DNA of 64,000 nt from Eledone cirrhosa (Eukaryota), in the NCBI GenBank assembly GCA_964016885.1, contig OZ024741.1:386570001-386634000 (forward strand). Reading direction: 5' to 3'. Below are positions 26,341 to 42,378 of this stretch, in pieces; the first letter of the stretch is position 1, and each line of letters opens with the position of its first letter. A model generated the notes under the pieces. The model had not been told where the DNA came from. It ran no database searches and saw only the letters and a program-made list of their open reading frames with translations. Made by a program: the position numbers and the translations under genes.

Positions 26341-27379
26341 CATCTAATTTACACTACATCTACCAGCCACAATTACATCTGCCAGGCATGATGTACCAGC
26401 TATATCAATCGGTCACAATCTACGCCAAGCTGACACTATATCTACTTGTCACAATCTATACAAATCACACACACTCTATATCTTTTAACTACACTTCACT
26501 ATCATCAGATCAGACTCATTTTTACCAGATACCCCTTACAAGTAGCAGCCACACTATACCAACCAAACAAACTCTACATTTATAGGACACACACACTGTT
26601 CGTCTATGAGGAGACACTCACTGCGAGACACTCCCCGCCTCTACAAGCCATTTCACATATACTCTTCCAGTCATAATCTGTATTTACTTTATTTGTTTTC
26701 ACGCGCGGCTATACCAGTCACACACGAAATATACCAAATAAGCTGAACATATATCAGGCATTTACTACATATACCAGATACATATTGCATATACCAAAAC
26801 TGTATATGCATAAATATATCAAACATTTATTACTTATATCAGATATATTTTACACCATGCAGATGTGTTCAATATTTATCAAATATAGACTCATTCTATA
26901 TCCACTAGCTATACATCAGATCCAACAGACACACCACAAATATACTAAACAATCACTATATATACAATTGACACAATACACCTATCAGACACACACACAA
27001 TACATAGCGGACAGCATCTATAACTACCAGACACATACTACATATACGAGATCATAACTATATCTATTAGTAAGCAAACATCACATCTACTCGGCATAAA
27101 TTACGTATAGCAGACACTCATTACACGGATCAGACATTCACCAGATCTACATACCATCTACCAGGCATAAGCTACGTCTACTATTCAATAAACAGATACT
27201 AAATGTACCAGTTACAAACTACAGCTACTACACACATTGTATCTACCATTCTTACTCTACGTTCACTAAACCTCATTGTACAACTACAAAACACACTCTA
27301 CATTTAACAAACACACTACATTTACCAAGCACACTCTATATTCACCAAACACACTCTACATTTACCAAACAGAGTCTAT

Positions 27380-30300
27380 ATCTACAATACAACACACTAC
27401 ATCTGCCATACAACACACTACATCTGCAATACAACACACTATATCTACCATAGTGTACGCTACATCTACCACACAACACACTACATCTACCATACAAGAC
27501 ACTACATCTGCCATACAACACACTACATCTACCATAGTGTATTCTACATCTACCACACAACACACTACATCTACCATACAACACTGTACATCTACCATAC
27601 AAGACACTACATCTGCCATACAACACACTACATCTACCATAGTATATGCTACATCTACCACACAACACACTACATCTACCATACAACACTGTACATCTAC
27701 CATACAACAGACTACATCTAGCATACAACACACTACATCTACCATACAGTACACTACATCTACCACACAACACACTACATCTACCATACAACAGACTACA
27801 TCTACCACACAACACACTACATCTACCATGTAATACACTGTACATCTACTATATAACACACTACATTTACCACACAACACACTACATCTACCATACAACA
27901 CACTAGATCTACCATACAACACACTACATCCACCACACAGCACACTACATCTACCATACAACACACTACATCTGCCATACAACATACTACATCTACCATA
28001 CAACACACTACATCTACCATATAACACACTACATCTACCATATAACACAGTATATCTACCATATAACACACTACATCTTCCATATAACGCACTACATCTA
28101 TCGTACAACACACTACATCTACCATACAACACACTACATCTACGATACAACACACTACATCTACCAAATAGCACATTACATCTACCATATAACACACTAC
28201 GTCTACCATATAACACACTACATCTACCATATAACACACTACATCTATCATACAACACACTACATCTACCATACAACACACTACATCCACCACACAACAC
28301 ACTACATCTACCACACAACACACTACACCTATCATACAACACACTACATCTGCCATACAACACACTACATCCACCATACAACACACTACATCTACCACAC
28401 AACACACTACATCTACCATACAACACATTACATCTACCACACAACACATTACATCTACCACACAACACACTACATCTACCACACAACACACTACATCTAT
28501 CATACAACACACACTACATCTACCATATAACATACTCTACATCTACCATACAACACACTACATCTACCATACAACACTCTACATCTACCATACAACACTG
28601 TACATCTACCATACATCGACCACACAATATACTACATCTACCATACGACACACTACATCTACCATATAACACACTATATCTACCATACAACACACTACAT
28701 CTACCATACAATACTCTACATCTACTACACAACACACTACATCTACCATACAGTACACTACATCTACAACACAACACACTACATCTACCATACAAAACAC
28801 ACTACATCTACCATATAAGATACTCTACATCTACCATACAACACAATACACCTACCATATAACACATTACATCTACCACACAAACCACTACATTGACCAC
28901 ACAACACACTACATCTACCATACAACACACTACATCCACCAGATAATACACTTCCTCCACCACACAACACACTACATCTACCATACAACACACTACATCT
29001 ACCACACAACACACTACATCTACCATACAACACACACTACATCTACCATATAACATACTCTACATCTACCATACAACACACTACACCTACCACACAACAC
29101 ACTACATCTACCATACAACACACTACATCTACCACACAACACACTACATCTACATACAACACACACTACATCTACCATATAACATACTCTACATCTACCA
29201 TACAACACACTACACCTACTTATACAACACACTACATCTATCAAACAACACACTACTTCTACCATACAGCACACTACATCTGCCATACAACACATTACAT
29301 CTACCATATAACACACTGTACATCTACCATACAACACACTACATCACCATACAACACACTATATCTACCATATAACACACTACATCTACTACACAACACA
29401 CTACATCTACCATACAACGCACTACATCTACCATACAACACACTACATCTACCATACACCACAGTACATCTACTACCCAACATAGTACATCTACCATACA
29501 ACACTCTACATCTACCATACAACGCACTACATCTACCATACAACACTCTACATCTAGCATACAACGCACTACATCTACCACACAACATAATACATCTACC
29601 ATACAACACACTCTACATCTACCATACAAGACTGTACATCTACCATACAACACACTACATCTAACATAAAACACACGACACCTACCATGCCACATACACT
29701 ACATCCACCATATAACATACTCTACAGCTGCCATAAAACACTCTATATCTACCATATAACACACTACATCTACCACACAAACCACTACATTGACCACACA
29801 ACACACTACATCTACCATACAACACACTACATCTACCATATAACACACTATATCTACCATACAACACACTAGATCCATCATACAATATTCTACATCTACT
29901 ACACAACACACTACATCTACCATACAACACACTACATCTACTATACAGTACACTACATCTACAACACAACACACTACATCTACCAAACAACAGACTACAT
30001 TTACCATACAACATTCTACATCAACCATACAACACACTACATCTACCATATAACACACTACATCTACCATACAACACACTACATCTACCACACAACACAC
30101 TATATCTACCATACAGCACACTACATCTGCCATACAACACACTATACCTACCATATAACACACTGTACATCTACCATACAACACACTACATCTACCATAC
30201 AACCCACTACATCTACCATACAAGATACTACATCTACTACACAACACACTACATCTACCATACATCACACTACATCTACCATACAACGCAGTACATCTAC

Positions 30301-33300
30301 CACACAACATACTACATCTACCATACAACACTCTACATCTACCATACAACGCACTACATCTACCATACAACACTCTACATCTACCATACGACACACTACA
30401 TCTACCATATAACACATTATATCTACCATACAACACACTACATCTACCATACAATACTCTACATCTACTACACAACACACTACATCTACCATACAGTACA
30501 CTACATCTACAACACAACACACTACATCTACCATACAAAACACACTACATCTACCATATAACATACTCTACATCTACCATACAACACAATACACCTACCA
30601 TATAACACATTACATCTACCACACAAACCACTACATTGACCACACAACACACTACATCTACCATACAACACACTAGATCTACCATACAACCCACTACATC
30701 TACCATACAAGATAATACATCTACTACACAACACACTACATCTACCATACATCACACTACATCTACCATACAACGCAGTACATCTACCACACAACATACT
30801 ACATCTACCATACAACACTCTACATCTACCATACAACGCACTACATCTACCATACAACGCAGTACATCTACCACACAACATACTACATCTACCATACAAC
30901 ACACTACATCCACCACATAATACACTTCATCCACCACACAACACTCTACATCTACCATACAACACAGTACATCTACCACACAACATACTTCATCTACCAT
31001 ACAACACTCTACATCTACCATACAACGCACTACATCTACCATACAACACACTACATCTACCATACAACACACTACATCTACCATACAACACACTACATCC
31101 ACCACACAACACACTTCATCCACCACACAACACACTACATCTACCATACAACACAGTACATCTACCACACAACACACTACATCTACCATACAAAACACAC
31201 TACATCTACCATATAACATACTCTACATCTACCATACAACACAATACACCTACCATATAACACATTACATCTACCACACAAACCACTACATTGACCACAC
31301 AACACACTACATCTACCATACAACACACTACATCCACCACATAATACACTTCATCCACCACATAACACACTACATCTACCATACAACACACTACATCTAC
31401 CACACAACACACTACATCTACCATACAACACACACTACATCTTCCATATAACATACTCTACATCTACCATACAACACACTACACCTACCACACAACACAC
31501 TACATCTACCATACAACACACTACATCTACCACACAACACACTACATCTACATACAACACACACTACATCTACCATATAACATACTCTACATCTACCATA
31601 CAACACACTACACCTACTTATACAACACACTACATCTATCAAACAACACACTACTTCTACCATACAGCACACTACATCTGCCATACAACACACTACATCT
31701 ACCATATAACACACTGTACATCTACCATACAACACACTACATCACCATACAACACACTATATCTACCATATAACACACTACATCTACTACACAACACACT
31801 ACATCTGCCATACAACGCACTACATCTACCATACAACACACTACATCTACCATACAACACACTACATCTACCATACAACACAGTACATCTACCACACAAC
31901 ATACTACATCTACCATACAACACTCTACATCTACCATACAACGCACTATATCTACAATACAACACTCTACATCTACCATACAACGCACTACATCTACCAC
32001 ACAACATACTACATCTACCATACAACACGCTACATCTACCATACAACACACTACATCTACCATGCAACACAGTACATCTACCACACAACATACTACATCT
32101 ACCATACAACACTCTACATCTACCATACAACGCACTACATCTGTCATACAACACTCTACATCTACCATACAACGCACTACATCTACCACACAACATACTA
32201 CATCTACCATACAACACACTACATCTACCATACAACACTCTACATCTACCATACAACGCACTACATCTACCACACAATACACTACATCTATCATACAACA
32301 CACTACATCTACCATACAACACACTACATCTACCATACAACACACTACATCTACCACACAACACATTTCATCCACCACACAACACACTACATCTACCATA
32401 CAACACACACTACATCTACCATATAACATACTCTACATCTACCATACAGCACACTACATCTACCACACAACAACACACTACATCTACCATACAACACGCT
32501 ACAACTACCATACAGCACACTACATCTACAATACAACACACTACATCTACCATATAACACACTGTACATCTACCATATAACACACTACATCTACCATAAA
32601 CCAAATTACATCTACTACACAACACACTACATCTACCATACAGCACACTACATCTGCCATATAACACACTACATCTACCATATAACACACTGTTCTACCA
32701 TACAACACACTACATCTACCATACAACACACTACATCTACCATACAACACACTACATCTACCATACAACACACTACATCTACAATACAAAACACTACATA
32801 TACCATGCAACATAGTACATCTACCACACAACATACTACATCTACCATACAACACTCTACATCTACCATACAACGCACTACATCTACCATACAATACTCT
32901 ACATCTACCATACAACGCACTACATCTACCATACAACACTCTACATCTACCATACAACACACTACATCTACCATACAACACACTACATCTACCATACAAC
33001 ACAGTACATCTACCACACAACATACTACATCTACCATACAACATTCTACATCTACCATACAACGCCCTACATCTACCGTACAACACTCTACATCTACCAT
33101 ACAACGTACTACATCTACCATACAACACTCTACATCTACCATACAACACACTACATCTACCATACAACACACTACATCTATCATACAACACAGTACATTG
33201 ACCACACAACATACTACATCTACCATACAATATTCTACATCTACCATACAACGCGCTACATTTACCATACAACACTCTACATCTACCATACAACGTACTA

Positions 33301-33440
33301 CATCTACCATACAACACTCTACATCTACCATACAACACACTACATCTACCATACAACGTACTACATCTACCATACATCACTCTACATCTACCATACAACA
33401 CACTACATCTACCATACAACACACTACATCTATTATACAA
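27380..33440. repeat. About 6-kb 21-bp minisatellite ATCTACCATACAACACACTAC
   Basis: 7-aa periodic translations (LYGRCSV, MVDVVCC). Confidence 0.97.
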
Positions 33441-34099
33441 CGCATTATATTAAGCAGACATTCAGTATATCTACCAGACATGCATTATATTCACCAGATG
33501 CTCATTCATCTGTAATATAGACAATAGATTTAGCAGATATTCATCACAATATATCAGGCATTCTCTCAGGCTACGAAACAGACATTAAATGTGTTAGAAA
33601 TACACGGGATTACCAGAGGAATTTTACATCTGTTTGATGCAAATACTTTTACTAGTTAACCTTTTATAATTAACTGACACAGTCTACACCTATCACCTAT
33701 CTACATCTGCTAATAGATTTTAACTACATCTACTATTAGATTTTAACTCAGTTAATATCTACCAATCACACACTTCAGCCTATTACCATACATACAAAAC
33801 TCGCTTTAATACAGTGAAATAATTCTACCATGCACTCTACACCACACTACACCATCTACCATACACATTATACCACCCTAAACCATATACCATGCACTCT
33901 ACACCACACTACACCATCTACCATACACACTATATCACATTTCACTACACAATACCATTTACTCTACACTACACCACACTACATCACACTAAACCTCTAA
34001 CGGATGTACCATACACTACACCACACTATACCTCTAACACATGTATACATCACATGTATTTAGCACTGATTACTAAAATACTTAACGAATAGTTTGAAA

Positions 34100-35230
34100 T
34101 AGGGCCTAGATTTTACATCTGGCCTGGACCTATTATCAGTTTTGATTAAGGGCAACTTTTCACATTTGAAATGGATCTATTATCAGTTTTTGGGGCCTAC
34201 ATTTCCCATCTAACATGGACCTATTATGACTTTTTGGGGCCTATATTTCACATCTAACATGGACCTATTACTACTTTTTGGGGCCTATATTTCACATCTG
34301 GCATGGATCCATTATCACTTTTGGGGGCCTATATTTCACATCTGGAATGGATCCATTATCACTTTTGGGGGCCTATATTTCACATCTGACATAGACCCAT
34401 TATCACTTTTTGGGGCCTACATTTAACATCTGGCATGGACCCATTACTACTTTTTGGGGCCTATATTTCACATCTGGCATGGACCCATTACTACTTTTTT
34501 GGGCCTATATTTCACATCTGGCATGGACCTATTACTACTTTTTGGGGCCTATATTTCACATCTGGAATGGATCCATTATCACTTTTTGGGGCCTATATTT
34601 CACATCTGGCATGGATCCATTATCACTTTTGGGGGCCTATATTTCACATCTGGAATGGATCCATTATCACTTTTGGGGGCCTATATTTCACATCTAGAAT
34701 GGAACTATTATCAAGTTTGATTAAGGGTACTATTTCACATTTGAAATGGATCTATTACCCGGTTTATGTAAGGACGACATTACACATCTGACATGGACCT
34801 ATTATCACTTTTTGGAGGCCTATACTTCACATCTGACAAGGACCTATCATCAGTTTTTGTGGCCTACATTTCACACCTGGCAAGGAGCTATTATCACTAT
34901 TTGGCGCCTACATTTTACATCTGGCCTGTGTCTGTTACCAAGTTTGATTTAGGGCAACATTTCACATTTGAAATGGATCTATTACCAGATTTGTATAAGG
35001 GCTACATTTCACATCTGACATGGACCTATTACCCAGTTTAGATGAAGGCGACACATCACATCTGGAATGGACCTATTATCCCGATTTTGAGGTTACATTT
35101 CCCATCTGACATAGATCTATTATCCAGTTTGGATGAAGACTACATATCACATCTGACATGGATCTATTATCAGTTTTGGGGGTTTACATTTCACATCTAG
35201 TATAGACCTGTTGCCAATTTTATGAGCCTA
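34100..35230. repeat. About 44-bp minisatellite GGATCCATTATCACTTTTGGGGGCCTATATTTCACATCTGGAAT
   Basis: Units at 34261, 34305 and onward; diverging toward the edges. Confidence 0.9.
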
Positions 35231-35464
35231 CATTCCATATTTGGCCTGGGCCTTTTAACAGCTTAGTTCTATTACCAGCATGGGGAGGGGAAAGATACGT
35301 TTCATATTTTGCTGGTGACCCCTTGAATTACTAGAGTAACTCAATTTTGCCATCTGAGCACACTGAAGCAACTCGCCACCCAATTCGAGAATCGAACTCC
35401 CGACCTTCATCCGAACAGGATAAGCACTAAGCTTTGGACTTTTACGTATGTATGTATATATTTT

Positions 35465-35894
35465 CCGGGAGAGATGTTCCCTTAGCCTTTGTCAAGGCAG
35501 AATTCTAGGAGAAGGAAAACTCTGATATAACACCTGCAACCCTGATGGTATCCAATGATGTTGACTTGTTCTTCTTTTTGGTAAATATCATCTTGGTTAA
35601 GAGAATGGGACTGGCTTTGTGCAGTGCCTTTGCTCACTATAAAAGCTTCACGGCACAGGCATTGCTTTATATCTGGAGATCTCTCTGCACTTGTCGTCAC
35701 ATGGTACCAAGGGCCCAGCACTATGTGTCAATAATTGTCACAAGTGTAGTGTTTGTACCAGAGTTTTCAAGTCGCTGGCTGGACTAAAAATTCACACTCG
35801 TTCAGCGCATCGGTAGGGATTCTACATGGATATAAAGTAGTGGCCGTACTCGAAAACGAGTTGGCAGCCACCATGTATGTATGTATGTATGTAT
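35465..35894 (+). mobile_element. Family R element with intact 3' stem-loop and (ATGT)n tail
   Basis: Near-identical to 20155-20500; ends GTGGCCGTACTCGAAAACGAGTTGGCAGCCACC(ATGT)n. Confidence 0.85.
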
Positions 35895-38392
35895 GACCCT
35901 TAAAAAGTCGGTTTATGATGTAGGCAGGCGTGTTCTGGGATTGGTGCAGAGAAAACATCAGGACTGGTTTAATGAGAATGATGTACATATAGAAGACTTG
36001 TTGGCTGATAAGAGGCGTGCTCTGTCACGCTACTTGACGGCAAAACCACAGGAGAGGAATACGTTGCATGAGGAACTCAGGGATGTAAAATCACGTGTTA
36101 GGCGGAGTCTTTCTCAGATGAAGGATCAGTGGTGGAGTGAGAAGGCTGGTGAGATACAAACTGCGTCTGATTCCAATAACACAAAGCTGTTGTACAGTCT
36201 CCTGCGTGAGGTTTATGGACCGTCTTCTTCTCTGGTGACACCGCTTCGCAGCAAGGATGGCAAACAACTTCTTCGTGACTCACAGGGAATTCTACGAAGG
36301 TGGCGAGAGCACTTTGATGATCTTTTGAATCAGCCGTCTGTCGTCAGTGAAGATTTCCTTAATCTCATTCCAGAAAGTCCTGTGAAAGTAGCTCTCGCAG
36401 AACCTCCGACGCTTGTGGAGGTTGCAGTGGCTATTTCGAAGCTGAACAGTGGAAGATCTCCAGGTATGGATGGCATACATGCTGAGCTCCTACAATATGG
36501 TGGTGAGAGACTCCTGCAACATCTTCACTCTTTGTTTGGCAGGATATGGGCTAATGAATCCGTACCTGAGGACTGGAGAGATGCAGTAATGGTGGTCTTG
36601 TACAAGGGAAAGGGTAACAGGAACGATTGTGGGAACTACAGAGGTATATCATTGCTTTCTGTCGTAGGGAAAGTTTTATGTAGAGTGCTTCTGGACCGTC
36701 TGCTGACACACATTGCAGATTGTGTTCTTCCTGAAAGTCAATCTGGTTTTCGTGTTGGACGCGGCCTACTGATATGATCTTCTCAGCTAGACAGCTCCAG
36801 GAGAAGTGCATGGAACAAGGCTTGGATCTGTATCAGGTTTTTGTCAATCTGACAAAAGCTTTCGATACTGTTAACAGAGATGCATTATGGAAGGTTCTCC
36901 AGAAACTTGGTTGCCCTGATAAGTTCCTTGCTTTAGTTAGGTCTTTCCGTGACGACATGAAGGCTTGGGTTAATGTCGGGGGTAACATGTCGGAGCCTAT
37001 CTCAGTAAAAAATGTAGTGAAACAGGGGGATATTCCAGCACCGACCCTGTTTGCCATATACTTTGCAATGGTTTTCTGTATTGCATTCAGGAATTACGAG
37101 CATGGTGTTTACATCCGATATCGAACCTCAGGCAGTATATTTAACATCAGGCGCTTTGCTGCGAAGACAAAAGTATTTACATCAATCATAAGAGACCTCT
37201 TGTATGCAGATGATTGCGATCTTGTAGCGCACACAGAGAGTGATATGCAGCACCTTTTGAATGCATTTTCTGACGCTTGCACTGCCCTGGGTTTGGCTGT
37301 CAGTCTCAAGAAAACCGTCGTCATGTACCAACCTGCCCCTAGTAAGCAGTACACTGAACCAAACATCTATGTGTATGGCAAACGACTTGGAGTGGTTGAT
37401 TAGTTTGTCTACCTGGGAAGCACTGTCAATCGATACGGCAACCTTGACAGTGAAATCTCACTTAGGATTAGGAAAGCAAGTGATGCTTTCGGAAAGCTAG
37501 AAAGGCGACTCTGGGGTCGGCGAGACATATGCAGGAGGACAAAGGTAAAGGTGTACAAGGCATGTGTACTCTCTTGTCTTCTTTATGCCTGCGAGACCTG
37601 GGTCACATATCGACACCACCTTAAGCAATTGGAGCGTTTCCATAAGATGTGTCTCAGACGGATCCATGGCGTTCACTGGAGGGACCACATCAGTGATGTC
37701 GAGATTTTGGAAAGCTCTATGTGTGACAGTATAGAAGCTCTTGTGCTTAAGCAACGACTCCGTTGGAGTGGTCACCTTGCCAGGATGAAGGATTCTAGAA
37801 TACCAAAACAACTCTTCTATGGAGAGTTGGTTAAAGGAAAACGACCGCCACATAAACCAAAAAAGAGGTATAAGGATTCCTTGAAAGCCTCTCTGAAAGA
37901 CGCTAACATCTCTGCTGATACATGGGAAAATGTTGCTGCTGATCGTAATAAATGGAGAAAGACTGTATATGAGGGAAAAGTTGCCTTTGAGGCATCTCGA
38001 ATCGCACACGAGAAAGTAAAGCGGGATGTGAGGAAGGGCATTGCTGTTGCACTTCCAGACGGCGAGGGTCCTCCTATGGTGCTGACATGCAGCGTCTGTG
38101 CGAGACTCTGCCTCAGCAAAGCTGGACTCGAAAGTCATCTTCGCAGTCATAAAGTAAGACCAGTGGTTGACTACCAGTCTGCTGTTGGAGATGCTACTCA
38201 TCATGCTTGCCAAACATGTGGTAGAGAATGTAAATCAGCAGGAGGGCTCAAGCGACATGCAAAAGTACACGAACTCCAACCACAGCCGACTATTCCCAGT
38301 GAATGTTTTGGTTGCCGACTCTGTGCAAGACATTTTAGATCATTGGCTGGGCAAAAAAGCCACATTCGATCGCAGCGCTGTTAGTTGCTATC

Positions 38393-38395
<3 letters not shown>
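35895..38395 (+). mobile_element. 5'-truncated RTE-clade LINE (RT plus C-terminal C2H2 zinc fingers), disrupted
   Basis: RSPGMDGI, NYRGISLLS, QSGFR, TKAFDTV, KQGD, YADD and QRLRWSGH motifs; three CxxC...H fingers; frameshift at about 36770, stop at 37401. Confidence 0.93.
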
Positions 38396-38424
<29 letters not shown>

Positions 38425-38490
38425 GCTTATGTGCGTGCGTGTGTGTGTATATATATATGAATATGTATATTATTATTGTTGTTGTCGTTA

Positions 38491-41400
38491 TTCTGGGGTC
38501 ACTCTGGAAGCAGGGTCGCCTGCTCAACGACCTCCGGTCGCTGGAAATGGATGTGATTGCCGTAAGCGAGACCAGAATTTCCGACACGCGCGCACTAGCC
38601 CCCATTTTCGACGACTATCAGATCTTCGCATCTGTTAGCAGGCCGGGAATGGGGGGTGGCAGTGCTGTTTAGGAAAGGACTGGATCTCGAGGTAAGGTCG
38701 ATCTTCCGGGACCCGGACGGTAAGTTGGTGGTCTTGGATGTGAGCAGTAGCGAAGGTGGTGCCTTTAGACTGCTGGCCGTCTACGCCCCTACAGGGGCCA
38801 GGCGACCTGACTTCTTTAGGCGCCTGGAGACCTTTCTGGGTACGTCTCGCCCTTTACTGTTAGCGGGGGACTGGAATGGCATCGTAGACGCACGCTGGGA
38901 TTGTGTGGGAGTAGCCGATAGGAGCGGGGGGTGCAAAAGCCTCAAGCACCTACTCAGCCAGTTCCAACTGTCTGACAGGTATCGACTAGATTTCCCCAAT
39001 GTGCCAGTATGGACATGGACCAACCGAATGGGGTCATCTAGATCGTATATAGACAGAATCTTCATTAGGAAAATAGATAGAAATAGTGTGGGCTGTCCAC
39101 TTTTTAAAACGGTCGCCTATTCAGATCACAAATTTGTGATATGTATGGTCGACCTAGATAAGACGCGTAGGTTAGGACCGGGTTACTGGAAGCTGAACAT
39201 GTCATTTCCGGCACGTAAGGCTTACAGGGACCGAGTCAACAAGTTAGTTAAGCAAAAGTTGACAGGGGGGATCATCAACAACAGATGGTGGGGGGCTCTC
39301 AAAAGAGAGATTAGAGTAACTTCGATAGAGTTCGGCAAAGAACTAGCGTTACAGAAAAATAGAAAGGAGGGGGAGCGGGTAGATAAGTTAGACGAGGCTA
39401 TTGGTAGTGGCATCGCAACTGACGTGCTAGCGGCGAGAATGGCATTAGACCATTTCTTCAATGCCAAACACGAAGGTTGCATTGTCAGAGCTAAGGCGCG
39501 TGCGCTGAGAAACGAGGGAACTAAAGCTGTTCGATGGGCCCGCGTGGCGGAGGCGCAGCGTGGTAATAAAACCACAATTCGGTCTTTGGCAGACCGAGAC
39601 GGACACGAGATAAGCGATTCCAAGCGGATGTGTGAGGCCTTTCACCAGCACTTTGCTCGGTTGTTCAGGGAGAATGGCGAGTCAGAGAGAGTAGCGGATT
39701 TCAGTCCCTACCTTGACGACTTGCCGCGCATCTCGACGGTCGACGCTGAGCGCTGCGAAAGGCCGATTACTTCAGCCGAAATTCAGGACGCCCTTGTCGG
39801 CTGCATGAGGCGCAAGTCACCCGGTTTGGATGGCCTGCCCTACGAGCTTTACGTAAATATGCCAGACTTGTTCTCCGAACTCCTCGAAGCACTCTACTGT
39901 AACTGGCAGCAGAATGGGAGTATTCCCAGTTCTGTGAGCAGGGGAGTGGTGACGCTGATAAGGAAAGACGAGAACAAGAGGGATACATTAGACAACTTCA
40001 TGCCCATAACTCTGCTCAACACAGAGTTTAAGATTTTGGCCAAGGTGTTAGCAAAGAGATTGGCGCTTATCGTCGAGGATTTGGTTGGGGAGGCGGAAAC
40101 TTGCGCAATCCCAGCCAGGTCCATACACGATAATCTCCACCTCATGCGATACATCATAGAGAGGGTAGGGTGTAAACCTGGCTTCGGTGGGGCACTGATC
40201 AATTTATATCAATCGAAAGCATTCGATAGGGTCGACCATCGGTATCTGGAGTTTGTCCTCAAAGCAGCTGGCTTCGGCCCTGTCTTTAGAAGCTGGATCG
40301 TTGCAATGCACAGCGGCACACGCTCGGTGGTCAAGGTTAATGGTCACCTCTCGGAACTGTTTCAGGTCTCCCGATCGGTCCGTCAAGGGTGCCCTCTCTC
40401 TTCCCTTCTGTACGTATTGACTCTCGTGCCTTTACTGCGGAAGCTGGAGCTGTTGCAGGGCATCCCTCTCAAACCGGGACGTGGAAAGGCGGTGTCGGCT
40501 TATGCGGACGACATCACCGTGATGGTGTCGAACACCTCAGAAATCGAGGTGGTCGGCACCTTATTGAAGGAATATGAAAGGTTGACAGGAGCCAAACTTA
40601 ACCCGGAAAAGTCGGTGGGCTTGCAGCTCGGAACCTGGAGAGGCAAGCCCATGCCATCCAACAGCGTCGTGGGGCGCTGGACGGACGGACCAGTAAAGTT
40701 GCTCGGGGTTTTGTTCGGACCAGACCTCCAGGTGGAAAAGAATTGGGACGAGGTAACGAGCAGAGTAGCCAGTCTCACCCAAAAATGGGCTGGGAGGAAG
40801 CTATCACTGAAAGGTCGCGCGGAGGTGGCGAATGCGTACATCGCGTCCGTCATCTACTACCGCCTAACCGTCGTGCCTTGCCCCCGTCCGCGCCTCGTCA
40901 AGTTGGAACGGCTCCTCTTCAAACTCTTGTGGAGGGGACAAGTTCCGTTGGTGAGGCGGTCCATCTGCTGCCAGCACCCTCTACGCGGAGGGCTGGGCAT
41001 GCCGTGGCTAATGATGCGCAGACATGCGTTGAGGCAGCGACATCTCCAGATATTCTGCCTCAATGGTGAACAGGTGTGGTCGCCGTTTATCAGACGGGCC
41101 TTTCCGCAGCTCATTTCTTTGACTGGGTCAAGAAGAGACCGAGACTGGGTGACTGGCACCTGGAATGTTGCCAGGCACTCACTGCCTTCTACCAAGCGGG
41201 AAATGCGATCAGTGGAACTTCCACTCTCGAGTTCTATAGAGGATTAGTGGTGGGCAAGTGCGATGACGCACTCGGAGAAGCTTTGGGCCTCGACGAAGTC
41301 GAACTGACCAGTCTGTACCGGAGAACTTTTGAGCCGGGGACGATGGACAATTTCCAGAAATCCCTCGCTTGGCAGTGCTACCGGGGGGCACTGCCGGTTC

Positions 41401-42140
41401 GGGATAAACTCTACAGGCACGGAAGTGCTGTCAGACGGACCTGCCCAAGATGCGCACAGAACGACGAAACCGTTCTGCACGCACTTGTCCAATGTCCGTG
41501 CATTACTGACTTGTGGAGTTATGTCGAACAGCTACTGTCGCGTGTGGAACGAATCCGGCTATCGGCCGAGTCCATAGTGAAGATCGAGCCGCCACCTTCC
41601 TTAGGTCAGGAAGAGCAGGACATTTTCCTCTGTCTGGTGGCAGTTGCGAAAGAGATTATATGGTGGACCAGGTTGAAAGGACTAAAGACAGACACTTTTC
41701 TCTTCGGTCAATCCCTCATCAACTTCTTCAAGTTTCACCTGGAAAGGAGGGTGAGGGTAGAGAGAGAAGTGCTGCCCCCCAGTACATTTGCTAAAAGGTG
41801 GGTGAATGTGGTGAGAATGGCTCGTGTGAATGGGCCTACTCTGACCATGCGCCTATAGGCTGGCTAACTTGCGGAGAGGGGTGCTCTCCTGGGTGCCCTA
41901 GAAGCGCAGGGTGGTTCAGGATTGGTGGGGTACCCGAATCACCCCAGGGTCGTCCACCCCCTATCGGGGAATTTATTTTGTTATATTTATGCATAGTTTA
42001 TTTTATATTTTTATATTTTCATTGTTAAATTAGTCTTGCCATTGTGCACTTTTACTCGACCTTATTGTAAACCCCCACTGTCCATGTCTTTGTATTGTCC
42101 CCTACATGTCGGCCCTTGTGGCTAATAAATGAAATCGTTA
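38491..42140 (+). mobile_element. Tx1/L1-clade LINE ORF2 (AP endonuclease, RT, CCHC), 5'-truncated
   Basis: AVSET, VYAP, GDWN, YIDRIF, YSDH, GYWKLN, KSPGLDG, RQGCPLS, YADD, GGLG, CPRC...HALVQC; frameshifts near 38655 and 41120; AATAAA at 42124 and (TTA)n tail. Confidence 0.93.
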
Positions 42141-42297
42141 TTATTATTATTGCTATTATTATTATTATTATTATTATTGTTATTAATGTATGTGTGTGTA
42201 TATGTGTGTGTGTATGTGTATGTATGTGTGTATGTATATATGTATGTATGTATATATATATATATATTTCTTTTTTTTATTTCTTTTTTTTTTCTTT

Positions 42298-42343
<46 letters not shown>

Positions 42344-42378
42344 TTATTTTATTTTATTTTATTTTTTTTTTTTCCTTC

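Noticed and set aside
27342-33515. Cys/Tyr/Gly-rich heptad ORFs (LYGRCSV)n
   Set aside because: 21-bp minisatellite with frequent frameshifting indels, so no frame is conserved
34100-35230. CRISPR-like regular repeats
   Set aside because: Contiguous 44-bp units without unique spacers, no cas genes, eukaryotic context
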